A DNA stretch of 56,798 nt from a virus (taxonomy: Duplodnaviria; Caudoviricetes). Position 1 is the stretch's first letter. Each line of letters begins with the position of its first letter. The notes beneath the pieces are model-generated. The model had not been told where the DNA came from. It was given only the letters and a program-made list of their open reading frames with translations, and made no database searches. The stretch covers positions 1 to 56,798 of the IMG/VR virus record IMGVR_UViG_3300049845_000287. One strand, given 5' to 3'. The translations under genes were made by a program, and so were the position numbers. Positions 26,172 through 33,710 of this stretch are shown piece after piece.

Positions 26172-26702
26172 CTAGCGGATGGCCACCGAGTTGACGAGCT
26201 TGCGCACGTCGGGGTCGCAGTAGGCTACGACCGTGTCGACCACGAACCCACGGGTGATGGTGAGCGGATCGACGAGGAACTTGCTCGACGTCCAGACCTC
26301 GTCGGTGGGATCGAGCAGGATGTAGTCCAGCTCGAGCCAGGTGGCGAGCGTCTTGAACTTCTTGAGCATCTCGTCAGCGTCGTCGACCGACTGCTTGGCG
26401 AGCCACTCGTTGGCCAGCGCCTCGGCCTCAGCCTTGGCCGCGTCCTTGAGCGGGGTGGCCACGGTGATGCCGGTGGTCAGCGGCTTGGGCGAGCTGACCT
26501 CGGGGCGGACGAACTCGATCTTCTCGCCCTTGGCGAGCTTCTCGATCTCTTCCTTGTGAGCCTTGGCGAACTCGACGTGAGCCGCCAGGGTGTGGATGGA
26601 GTTGACCTCGTCGGCGAGGATGGCTGCCGGGATGACGTTGTTGTCAGCGTCGACGAGCCAGCCGTCGTGGACCCGGAGGTCCTTCTTGAGTACGAGCTTC
26701 AC
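26172..26702 (-). CDS. hypothetical protein
   Basis: GTG start with GAGGAG RBS, 176 aa. Confidence 0.75.
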   Translation of the reverse strand: MKLVLKKDLRVHDGWLVDADNNVIPAAILADEVNSIHTLAAHVEFAKAHKEEIEKLAKGEKIEFVRPEVSSPKPLTTGITVATPLKDAAKAEAEALANEWLAKQSVDDADEMLKKFKTLATWLELDYILLDPTDEVWTSSKFLVDPLTITRGFVVDTVVAYCDPDVRKLVNSVAIR

Positions 26703-26726
26703 GCCCGTCTCCTCTCTGTGTGTGCC

Positions 26727-27584
26727 TCAGTCTTCGACTGAAGCGAGCCAGTCTTGCATCTGCTTGAGCATCGTGCGCAGGTTGAGCTCGGTGCCTGCCC
26801 AGCTACGGGCGTCCTCCTGTCGGCATAGGTGGTAGATACGCTCTGCCTGCTCACGGTCGAAGCCGCCTTCCATCATGTACTCGATGGACTGTTCCATCTT
26901 GCGGTCGGCGTACAGCCTGGTCTTGCTCTCACTCGCCCAGTCACCACGAGCAAGGGTCTCTTCGACCCACTCGATGTACTGCCTGGCGACTGGTCGGGTG
27001 TCGATGCCACGGGCCATGCCCTTGGGACAGCGATCGAACTGCCGTGCCCAGAACATGACGTCCACATCAGCGATGTCGAACTTCGCATTGAAGTGGTTGA
27101 CGTGTGCGACTCTGTGGTCTGGCCCCCGCAGGTCGATGAACGTCCTGGTGCGGATGTCCATCCCTACCATAAGGTAGTCCATGTCGAAGCGTTTGACCAC
27201 GCCGATCACGTCATCGGCGCCGTCGTGCCAACTCAGGTTGAGCTTGGGGTATCCGGCCAGCTCGAGACCCACGGTCTGCAGCTTGAACCTGCGCTTGGTG
27301 GTGTCGTCCCAGTAGCGGATGCGCTCCGCCTTGAAACGCTCGATGTCGGAGGCCGGCTGCCATCCGTGGCACATGAACAACTGGACGAGCGAGGACAGAC
27401 ACGCCTTCGTGTAGCAGAAGACGTCGAGGTCTGTCTCATCCGGCCAGGTGTTGAGCTCGTCGAAGGTGAAGGTCGGCTCGGGACAGTAGGCAAGGATGCT
27501 CTGTCCCGTGTAGCACGCCTTCACTTCGGACGGGATGAGGCCGAGTATCTCGTCGACCTTGTCGCGTGAGAACGCACCATTCAT
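26727..27584 (-). CDS. Pol-beta-superfamily nucleotidyltransferase
   Basis: YTGQSI...ETDLDVF (hG[GS]..DhD-like) and KRFDM.Y.MVG motifs. Confidence 0.65.
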   Translation of the reverse strand: MNGAFSRDKVDEILGLIPSEVKACYTGQSILAYCPEPTFTFDELNTWPDETDLDVFCYTKACLSSLVQLFMCHGWQPASDIERFKAERIRYWDDTTKRRFKLQTVGLELAGYPKLNLSWHDGADDVIGVVKRFDMDYLMVGMDIRTRTFIDLRGPDHRVAHVNHFNAKFDIADVDVMFWARQFDRCPKGMARGIDTRPVARQYIEWVEETLARGDWASESKTRLYADRKMEQSIEYMMEGGFDREQAERIYHLCRQEDARSWAGTELNLRTMLKQMQDWLASVED

Positions 27585-27775
27585 CGGGGAGCACCTGCCT
27601 TGATGGCGAGGCGCAGTCCCCTGAGTTCGAGGATGGCACGGTCGATGAACTCGACGGCCTCGGTCGGTCGGTCAGGATTGGATGCACATGCGCTGGCTGC
27701 TGACAGCCACGCTCGCGCAACCTGGAACCTGGGGCTGAACCTGCCCCGTTGGATCTGAACGATAGCCTTGGGCAT
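27581..27775 (-). CDS. small hypothetical protein
   Basis: GGAAGGGG RBS, ATGA-coupled downstream. Confidence 0.55.
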   Translation of the reverse strand: MPKAIVQIQRGRFSPRFQVARAWLSAASACASNPDRPTEAVEFIDRAILELRGLRLAIKAGAPR

Positions 27776-27802
27776 GGTTCGCCCCTTCCTGTGGTGGGAG
27801 TG

Positions 27803-28093
27803 CTAGTACCCGCGCTCCATGCGGACGCGGTAGTCGTAGGTCGCATCGTCCTCGTCGAAGAAGTAGTGACCGTTCCCCCACCCTTCCAGGGTGTGAGCGT
27901 AGACGTCACCGGTCACATACTCGTACGGCTCTCCGATCATGGCTGTGTCCATGGGGCGGTGGCGTTCACACAAGACGATGGCGACTGCGGTTCGGATGCC
28001 GTCGAGCGGAGTGCCCGCGGCGATGACCTTGCACCCTTCGGGTGGATGCCAGTCTGGTGATACGCCAGGGACATGGAGTCCCGTCGCTTCCAT
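27803..28093 (-). CDS. hypothetical protein
   Basis: 96 aa ORF in a tightly packed leftward cluster. Confidence 0.65.
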   Translation of the reverse strand: MEATGLHVPGVSPDWHPPEGCKVIAAGTPLDGIRTAVAIVLCERHRPMDTAMIGEPYEYVTGDVYAHTLEGWGNGHYFFDEDDATYDYRVRMERGY

Positions 28094-28095
28094 GG

Positions 28096-28302
28096 TTATG
28101 CGTCCATCTCTTGCTGTTCGCTCACAGCGGGCGTGGCTCCGAGGCTCTCAGCCTCGTCGACGAACTGTCCCCACCGTACGAACTTGACGTCGCCGCCGAA
28201 ACGGACAGCGAGTCGTAGTGCCTTGAGCTCTGAACGCTCAGGTGTGAGCCTGTTACCTGGCCCGTAGACGATGAAGATTCCATCGTTCGCCTTGCGTGTC
28301 AT
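28096..28302 (-). CDS. small hypothetical protein
   Basis: AAGGAG RBS, 68 aa. Confidence 0.65.
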   Translation of the reverse strand: MTRKANDGIFIVYGPGNRLTPERSELKALRLAVRFGGDVKFVRWGQFVDEAESLGATPAVSEQQEMDA

Positions 28303-28519
28303 CGTGCTCCTTTCGTAGAAGATGACTGATGTCGAGCTTCTCGTGTGAGGTACTCACCTCCCATCGGTGGCCGGTCACATGTACGCCGTGCATCGTGCGA
28401 TGCCGTCCTCGTTGCCAGTATCCATAGCACTCCGAGTTGGCGCTCGGAGATACGGGAATGAGTTTGCAACGGGACGAGCGTACGCATGATGCACAGAGTG
28501 GATGGTCTTGTGGTCGCAT
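28253..28519 (-). CDS. small Cys-rich hypothetical protein
   Basis: GAGG RBS; CASC...C...C. Confidence 0.4.
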   Translation of the reverse strand: MRPQDHPLCASCVRSSRCKLIPVSPSANSECYGYWQRGRHRTMHGVHVTGHRWEVSTSHEKLDISHLLRKEHDDTQGERWNLHRLRAR

Positions 28520-28523
28520 GGTG

Positions 28524-28670
28524 CTACCTCTTCTTGAAGTAGTGAGCGCCACAGACAGAGCACGTTCCTTCGGACGTGGAGTTAGCTCCCTCTTTGCCGA
28601 GTCTGACTGTGAGGATCACGACCTTGTTGCCGCATCGGCGGCAGCGTTGTACCGACTTCGTCCAGTTCAT
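28524..28670 (-). CDS. 48-aa zinc-ribbon protein (not in ORF track)
   Basis: my translation MNWTKSVQRCRRCGNK...TCSVCGAHYFKKR; ATGA overlap with the upstream stop. Confidence 0.6.
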   Translation of the reverse strand: MNWTKSVQRCRRCGNKVVILTVRLGKEGANSTSEGTCSVCGAHYFKKR

Positions 28671-28792
28671 CGCTTGTGCCACCTCTTGTTAGGACACGGT
28701 GTCCACTGCGGATAGGTGGCAGGGTCACCTCTGTCCAGACGTGGGTCGTGGCTGTGACAGACAGGGCAGACGGGCGGGACGTGCTTCTTCAC
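28667..28792 (-). CDS. small Cys/His-containing protein
   Basis: GTGA-coupled start; CPVC...CPN..WH. Confidence 0.5.
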   Translation of the reverse strand: MKKHVPPVCPVCHSHDPRLDRGDPATYPQWTPCPNKRWHKR

Positions 28793-29160
28793 TTGTCCCA
28801 CCCTTCCACCTGCTCGGGGTCGTGTGCCTTGGCCAGGCCACGCACGTTGTCGAGCCATGGCCTGGTCGGACCCATGTCGAACGTGGGCTCGATGCCCTCG
28901 TCCTCTGCCACGGTCGTTGGTACGAACGGGGCAGGGTCATCGAACGCCGCTTGTACCGGGCGGTTGCTGAGCTTGGGTGCGCGTCCGTAACCGAACGCCT
29001 TCTTCAGTGCGGTGATGCTCTGAACAGGGCCGGCTTCCCAGATGTCCTTGGTCAGGTACACCTTCTGTTGGTCAGCCCTCGTCGTGCCGATGATGCACGT
29101 CACACCGTTGGTCTCGACCACCGCATGGATGGTGAGCCCGATGAGGTCAGTCGGTCTCAT
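28789..29160 (-). CDS. hypothetical early protein
   Basis: AAGGAGG RBS, 123 aa. Confidence 0.75.
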   Translation of the reverse strand: MRPTDLIGLTIHAVVETNGVTCIIGTTRADQQKVYLTKDIWEAGPVQSITALKKAFGYGRAPKLSNRPVQAAFDDPAPFVPTTVAEDEGIEPTFDMGPTRPWLDNVRGLAKAHDPEQVEGWDK

Positions 29161-29308
29161 GCTTCACCTCCTTGTCCTCCTCGTTCTTCGATGCTTGCTC
29201 GATCTGTGCCTCGGTGCAACCTCGTGGCCTGAACTCGAGACAGTCACCTGAACCGGGGTGGTGCCCCCAGCAGTGGTCGCTCGAGACCTGGCAGGGTAGG
29301 AGTGCCAT
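29147..29308 (-). CDS. small hypothetical early protein
   Basis: AAGGAGG RBS, 53 aa, just downstream of two motif copies. Confidence 0.55.
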   Translation of the reverse strand: MALLPCQVSSDHCWGHHPGSGDCLEFRPRGCTEAQIEQASKNEEDKEVKHETD

Positions 29309-29414
29309 GACTTCCCTCCTTCGTATCGACAGAACATGACGCGAGAGACACAAGGGATGTTCTCGCTTCTTGCCCGGTGCTCGGTCGTTGCCCTTGTCTC
29401 ATTCATCAACAAGC

Positions 29415-29445
29415 GTAGCAACGCCGAGAACACAAGGGAGCGAGG
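29415..29445 (-). promoter_or_regulatory. repeated motif, candidate phage-specific early promoter
   Basis: CCTCGCTCCCTTGTGT-N9-TGCTAC. Confidence 0.65.
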
Positions 29446-29556
29446 GAGGAGGCAAGGGGGAGAGAAGCGCAGGGGGACTTCGTCCTTTCGGCTTGTGACC
29501 GACGATGACCCGGCCCCGATGGGGTGACGAGCAAAAGAACTCCCAAGTGAGCGAGT

Positions 29557-29590
29557 GTGCAGACCGGCGGCTCCCGTTGCCGGCCTGCAC
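29557..29590 (-). terminator. hairpin after paralog 1
   Basis: gtgcaggccggc / gccggtctgcac stem 17 nt past the stop codon. Confidence 0.55.
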
Positions 29591-29606
29591 TCTCGACTCG
29601 ATGGTA

Positions 29607-29942
29607 CTAGAACGTCTCGCCGTCGACCACGACGAGGTCGCCGTCGTCGGTCTCGACGAACTCGGCACCCGGCACGATCGTGAACTCGTTGCCGAGCCAG
29701 CGTGCGGCGAACTGCTCGCCCGTCTTGAGCTTGCCGCGGTCCGCCGAGCTCATCATGTTGATCGTCGCAACCGACCCGTCCTCGACCAGGAACGACAGCT
29801 CGTACATCGGCCGTCCGTCCTTGGTCTGCGTGTCCTTCCAGCCCAGCAGGATCCCGATGACTTCCTGCGTCCTGGCCTGGATCTCGCCGGTCTGCAAGCC
29901 CAGCTCCTCCGCCATCTTGGCGTAGTCGACTGTCTTCGGCAC
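29607..29942 (-). CDS. early protein, paralog 1 (possible OB fold)
   Basis: GTG start with AAGGAGG RBS; 88 of 106 residues identical to 30343-30675. Confidence 0.85.
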   Translation of the reverse strand: MPKTVDYAKMAEELGLQTGEIQARTQEVIGILLGWKDTQTKDGRPMYELSFLVEDGSVATINMMSSADRGKLKTGEQFAARWLGNEFTIVPGAEFVETDDGDLVVVDGETF

Positions 29943-29979
29943 CGTCCTCGCCTCCTTCTGCTCTTCGGGCATGCTCCCA

Positions 29980-30010
29980 ATAGCACACCCCAAGACACAA
30001 GGGAGCGAGG
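29980..30010 (-). promoter_or_regulatory. repeated motif, candidate phage-specific early promoter
   Basis: CCTCGCTCCCTTGTGT-N9-TGCTAT, about 40 nt upstream of paralog 1. Confidence 0.65.
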
Positions 30011-30099
30011 AGACGAGGGAGCAGCGGCAACCTCGGGGAACGAAGACTGCCTCGACCCTCCTCATATCCTGAGAATCACAAGCTGCTCACTCGCCCATT

Positions 30100-30183
30100 C
30101 GGCAAGTGATCGGATAGGACTCGGCTCCCCCCTGTGGTGGAGCGAGGGGTCTTGGTCTGCTCGATGCGGCAAGTGATCGGATA
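30100..30183. repeat. 17-bp direct repeat x2 in intergenic DNA
   Basis: cggcaagtgatcggata at 30100-30116 and 30167-30183. Confidence 0.9.
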
Positions 30184-30296
30184 CGACCCGGTCCCTCGCT
30201 CAAGCGAGGTCGACTCGATTCGATTGCCTCGTTCGTCCTTGCCCACGCATCAGGTGGAAAAGGACTCCCAAGGAACGGGAGCCCTTCACGCGCACA

Positions 30297-30327
30297 GCGA
30301 CACGGGAGCATCACGCCCCCGTGCCGC
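30297..30327 (-). terminator. hairpin after paralog 2
   Basis: gcggcacgggggc-gtgat-gctcccgtgtcgc stem 16 nt past the stop codon. Confidence 0.55.
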
Positions 30328-30342
30328 CATGCCCGAGCAGAC

Positions 30343-30675
30343 CTAGAAGGTCTCGCCATCGACGACGACGAGGTCGCCATCGCTGGTCTCGACGAACTCG
30401 GTGCCGGCAACAATCTGGAACTCGTTGCCGACCCAACGCGCGGCGAACGCCTCGCCAGTGCGGAGAGCGCTGCGATCGGCAGACGCCATCATGTTGATGG
30501 TCTGCACGCTGCCATCCGCGACCAGGAAGGACAGCTCGAACATCGGACGACCGTCCTTGGTGGCGGTGTCCTTCCAGCCGAGCAGGATGCCGACGACCTC
30601 TTGGGTGCGAGCGGCAATCTCGCCAGTCTGCAGTCCGAGCTCGGCTGCCAGCTTGGCATAGTCGGGAGCCTTCAT
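30343..30675 (-). CDS. early protein, paralog 2 (possible OB fold)
   Basis: GAGGAGG RBS, 110 aa, paralog of 29607-29942. Confidence 0.85.
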   Translation of the reverse strand: MKAPDYAKLAAELGLQTGEIAARTQEVVGILLGWKDTATKDGRPMFELSFLVADGSVQTINMMASADRSALRTGEAFAARWVGNEFQIVAGTEFVETSDGDLVVVDGETF

Positions 30676-30711
30676 CGTACCAACCTCCTCAGGAGACGTG
30701 GGAGCGCGCTT

Positions 30712-30742
30712 ATCGCACTCCCTGAATCACAAGGGGACGAGG
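30712..30742 (-). promoter_or_regulatory. repeated motif, candidate phage-specific early promoter
   Basis: CCTCGTCCCCTTGTGA-N9-TGCGAT, about 37 nt upstream of paralog 2. Confidence 0.6.
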
Positions 30743-30796
30743 ACACCGTTGCGAGTGGCGCACGCTGAGGGACATTGAATCTTTGAACACACTGCG

Positions 30797-30859
30797 AGAA
30801 CCGAACGACTGAAGTCAGCGGAAGCAAGCCGTCCCTGCTAGGGCAGGGAGTTCGGTTCT
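30797..30859. other. compact four-way-junction structure (RNA or ssDNA)
   Basis: perfect 10-bp closing stem agaaccgaac/gttcggttct enclosing three hairpins. Confidence 0.5.
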
Positions 30860-31309
30860 GCACATCAACTTCTGTCCCCACCACGCGCACGCAACGGATG
30901 CCTCGGATTCAGGGATGCTTTGAGACAGCGGTCGCTCTCTCACGCTCTCTGTGTGTATGGGGGGGTGGGTATATATGTATTAGAGGGATGAAAGGATAGA
31001 TGGAAGTACCCCCTACACCATTTCTCCCCGTTCCCAGATTCCGCCCCGCACAGGTAGACCTGTGCTGCTTTGCGCCCGAGGCGTGCGGTCTGTCACGCTT
31101 CAGACCCGCCTGCGTCCGTGGACGCTTTGATGCCAACGCACCAGGCGTCCGTTGACCCTGTTGGCCTTTGCGTGCGGCTGTTTCTCTGGTTTCTCGGCTT
31201 CCTCCCGCTCCGCTCGCGTCGCTGCGCTCCGCTCGACGTCGCGGTCGGGGAAGTCGATGGAAGTGGAGGGGTTGGTGGTGGGGTTGACCAAGGATGCTAG
31301 TGTTCTAGC

Positions 31310-31697
31310 CCCCCTAGTGCGGCGAGTGATTTTTTCTTCGGGGGTTGCCGCAGGGACCCCCTGTTGGAGCCGTGTGCTTCACGGTGCTCTCGGACACGGC
31401 TCCGCTGATCCCTCTGACGGAAGTCGTGTCCGGCGGTCAGCCGACAGGTGAAGCCAACGGTGTGAGGTTGCTGTGGGGAGCTACGCTTCTGTGGGTGCGG
31501 TCACCCCCTGTGGGGGCGTCCATTTGGAGACGGAAACGGGTCCGCTCTTGCCTCCCGGAGGTTGGCTGGCGAACCCGTGGTTCTTCGACTGCTTGGCCTT
31601 GACTGTTGCTTTGTGCGTCCTGCGTGGCATAAGATGGCCTCGGTACTTGATGAGAGGCGCCCACACTTCGCCGTGACGGGGCGCTTCTCGCGTTTTC
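31310..31697 (+). ncRNA. candidate structured non-coding RNA
   Basis: no credible ORF; TGCTAGTGT upstream; several stems; ends in a hairpin followed by T residues. Confidence 0.3.
31652..31697 (+). terminator. intrinsic terminator-like hairpin
   Basis: gagaggcgccc / gggcgcttctc followed by gcgtttt. Confidence 0.5.
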
Positions 31698-31703
31698 AGT
31701 GGC

Positions 31704-31732
31704 TTGATTCTCCCCCTCGGTATCGGTAGTGT
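31704..31732 (+). promoter_or_regulatory. sigma70/SigA-type promoter for the rightward arm
   Basis: TTGATT-N17-TAGTGT, 37 nt upstream of 31769. Confidence 0.6.
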
Positions 31733-31768
31733 CAATACCACCGAAGCCCCCCACAGGGAGGAACGAAG

Positions 31769-32023
31769 ATGGCTGAGTCCAGCGAGACCATGCCCGTCGA
31801 CCTTGGAGCCAAGATGGCTCCGTCGCACACGCTCACCGACGATCCGTGGGCGCACCGCTCCGCCGGGATGAGGTGTTCGAGCTGCATGTGGTTCGTCGAG
31901 AAGGCGGGCACCACGTCGGGTGTGGGCCGCTGCCGGCGCCATGCTCCCACGATGAACGGTTACCCGGTCGTGTTCCTGATGGACTGGTGCGGCGACCACA
32001 AGCTCGACGAGAGGCGGTCATGA
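31769..32023 (+). CDS. small four-Cys protein (HiPIP-like Cys spacing)
   Basis: GGGAGG RBS; CSSC..F...GRCRRHAP...DWCG. Confidence 0.75.
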   Translation: MAESSETMPVDLGAKMAPSHTLTDDPWAHRSAGMRCSSCMWFVEKAGTTSGVGRCRRHAPTMNGYPVVFLMDWCGDHKLDERRS

Positions 32024-32292
32024 TGGCAGCGAGGTTCAGGAAGAAGCCGGTCGTCATCGAGGCCGAGTTGTTCGATGGCTCGATGGCTTCGGCGGATTCG
32101 ATCGAGAAGTGGTCCGGTGGTATCACGAGCGCGAACGTGCTTGATGACCTTACGACGCTTGTGATCGACATCCCTACGCTCGAGGGGACGATGAGAGCGG
32201 TCGCCGGTGACTTCATCATCAGGGGCGTCCAGGGTGAGTTCTATCCCTGCAAGCCCGACATCTTCCACGCGACCTACGAGTATGTGGAGTAG
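32020..32292 (+). CDS. widespread small phage protein of unknown function
   Basis: FRKKPVVIEA...TLEG...GDFII.GV.GEFYPCKPDIF..TYE signature. Confidence 0.85.
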   Translation: MMAARFRKKPVVIEAELFDGSMASADSIEKWSGGITSANVLDDLTTLVIDIPTLEGTMRAVAGDFIIRGVQGEFYPCKPDIFHATYEYVE

Positions 32293-32295
32293 CTG

Positions 32296-32868
32296 ATGGC
32301 CCTGGACTTCGATGCACTCAACGAGGTCGCTCAGGTCGAGACCGAGCCCGACCAGACCATCATCGAGCGGCTCAGGTTCGACGATGCGCTCGATGTGCCC
32401 CATCAGCTGACCGACGTCGACGTGTGGCTCAACTACTGCAACGACGACCTCTACCACATGGACAAGGCGATCCGCGCCTACATCAACAAGAGCCGGTGGA
32501 CGAGGTTGACCAAGGGCAAGATGAAGACCGCGGTGCCGCTGCTGTTCTTGCAGTTGTTCGGCCGCAAGCCCGACGCCCACGACAGCCAGGTGTGTCAGAT
32601 GATGCACCGGATCCTGACCTACTACTGCACCTCCTACACCGGCATCACCAAGATCAACGGTGTGAGGTTCAACCGGGTCTACTACTTCTCCAAGTACGCG
32701 ATGCGGTCGAAGAGGCCGATGTCGCTGAGGCTGCGATTGGAGGAGTCCAATGGCAGCGAGCACAGCTTCAGAGAGTACAAGCCTGGTGCAGACAAACAGG
32801 CGGAGCCTCGACGAGGAGTTACGCAACACGGCCCACTTGCAGATGGGCAAGGTCGCGTATCGAAGTGA
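32296..32868 (+). CDS. hypothetical protein
   Basis: GGAG RBS, 190 aa, high GC3. Confidence 0.75.
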   Translation: MALDFDALNEVAQVETEPDQTIIERLRFDDALDVPHQLTDVDVWLNYCNDDLYHMDKAIRAYINKSRWTRLTKGKMKTAVPLLFLQLFGRKPDAHDSQVCQMMHRILTYYCTSYTGITKINGVRFNRVYYFSKYAMRSKRPMSLRLRLEESNGSEHSFREYKPGADKQAEPRRGVTQHGPLADGQGRVSK

Positions 32869-33400
32869 GTACGGCACGCCACGCATAGGCGTGGACAACG
32901 GCAACCGGTGCGACGCCACCACGCACCTCGCCTCGCAGATGTTCACCGACGCGGTGTTCAACCGCGACATCCGCATGATCCAGATGATAATCACCCGTAT
33001 CGACGGGGGGCTTCCGAAAGACACGGAGGTCGAGGAGTACCAGACGCTGTTCGGCGATTGCATGAACGCGGTCCTGGGACTCGGTGACGGCGAGAAGCTC
33101 AAGGTCCTACCGACCGATACCGTGATGATGGCGTTGTGCAAATCGCTCTACGACATCGCGGCGGAGGACATCTACCATGAGGTCAAGGCCGACGCCAACG
33201 GCAACAGGTGGGCGCGTTCACGCCGCCCCTCGACCGAAGCCAAGAAGGACCGTGACGCCGCCCTGCGGCTCATCACGGAGCGCGCCGGCGGCCGCAAGAC
33301 CGCCATCCCCAAGACCCCCGAGCTCCAAGACGCTGTCGTCTCGGCCTCGTGGATCCCCCAGTCCTCACTACCACAAGGAGCCGATGGTGAGACGCGATGA
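32750..33400 (+). CDS. hypothetical protein, weak terminase small subunit candidate
   Basis: GGAGGAG RBS; two helical repeats ending IITRIDGG and ITERAGGR. Confidence 0.55.
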   Translation: MAASTASESTSLVQTNRRSLDEELRNTAHLQMGKVAYRSEYGTPRIGVDNGNRCDATTHLASQMFTDAVFNRDIRMIQMIITRIDGGLPKDTEVEEYQTLFGDCMNAVLGLGDGEKLKVLPTDTVMMALCKSLYDIAAEDIYHEVKADANGNRWARSRRPSTEAKKDRDAALRLITERAGGRKTAIPKTPELQDAVVSASWIPQSSLPQGADGETR

Positions 33401-33575
33401 GATGCGCCGGGTCGTCGAGGAGCTGTCCTGGCACACGGACCAGCCCAAGGTGGCGTATGAGGCCACGACGGAGAAGGAGCGGCGCGACATCCTGAAGCGC
33501 GGCTACGTCACCAAGGAGCTGTGGCGCTGTATCGCCGTTCGGCTTCCGAGGGTTGACGCTGTCAGCGAAGGCTGA
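33384..33575 (+). CDS. small hypothetical protein
   Basis: AAGGAG RBS, 63 aa. Confidence 0.6.
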   Translation: MVRRDEMRRVVEELSWHTDQPKVAYEATTEKERRDILKRGYVTKELWRCIAVRLPRVDAVSEG

Positions 33576-33710
33576 GAACATCTGGTTGCGCCTTCGGCGC
33601 ACTCCTTTCTGTGGGGAGCCGGGCTGGGACGGGGACTTCGTACCCCCCGTCCCGCCCCCGGAGCTCGACTCGGCAGGGAAGGAGGCGGCATCCACAGAGA
33701 GGAAGATCCC

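Noticed and set aside
29333-30742. CRISPR mini-array
   Set aside because: Repeats are short, irregularly spaced and separated by genes rather than uniform spacers
30797-30859. tRNA gene
   Set aside because: Cloverleaf-like but no TTCRA T-loop, no 7-nt anticodon loop and wrong stem lengths
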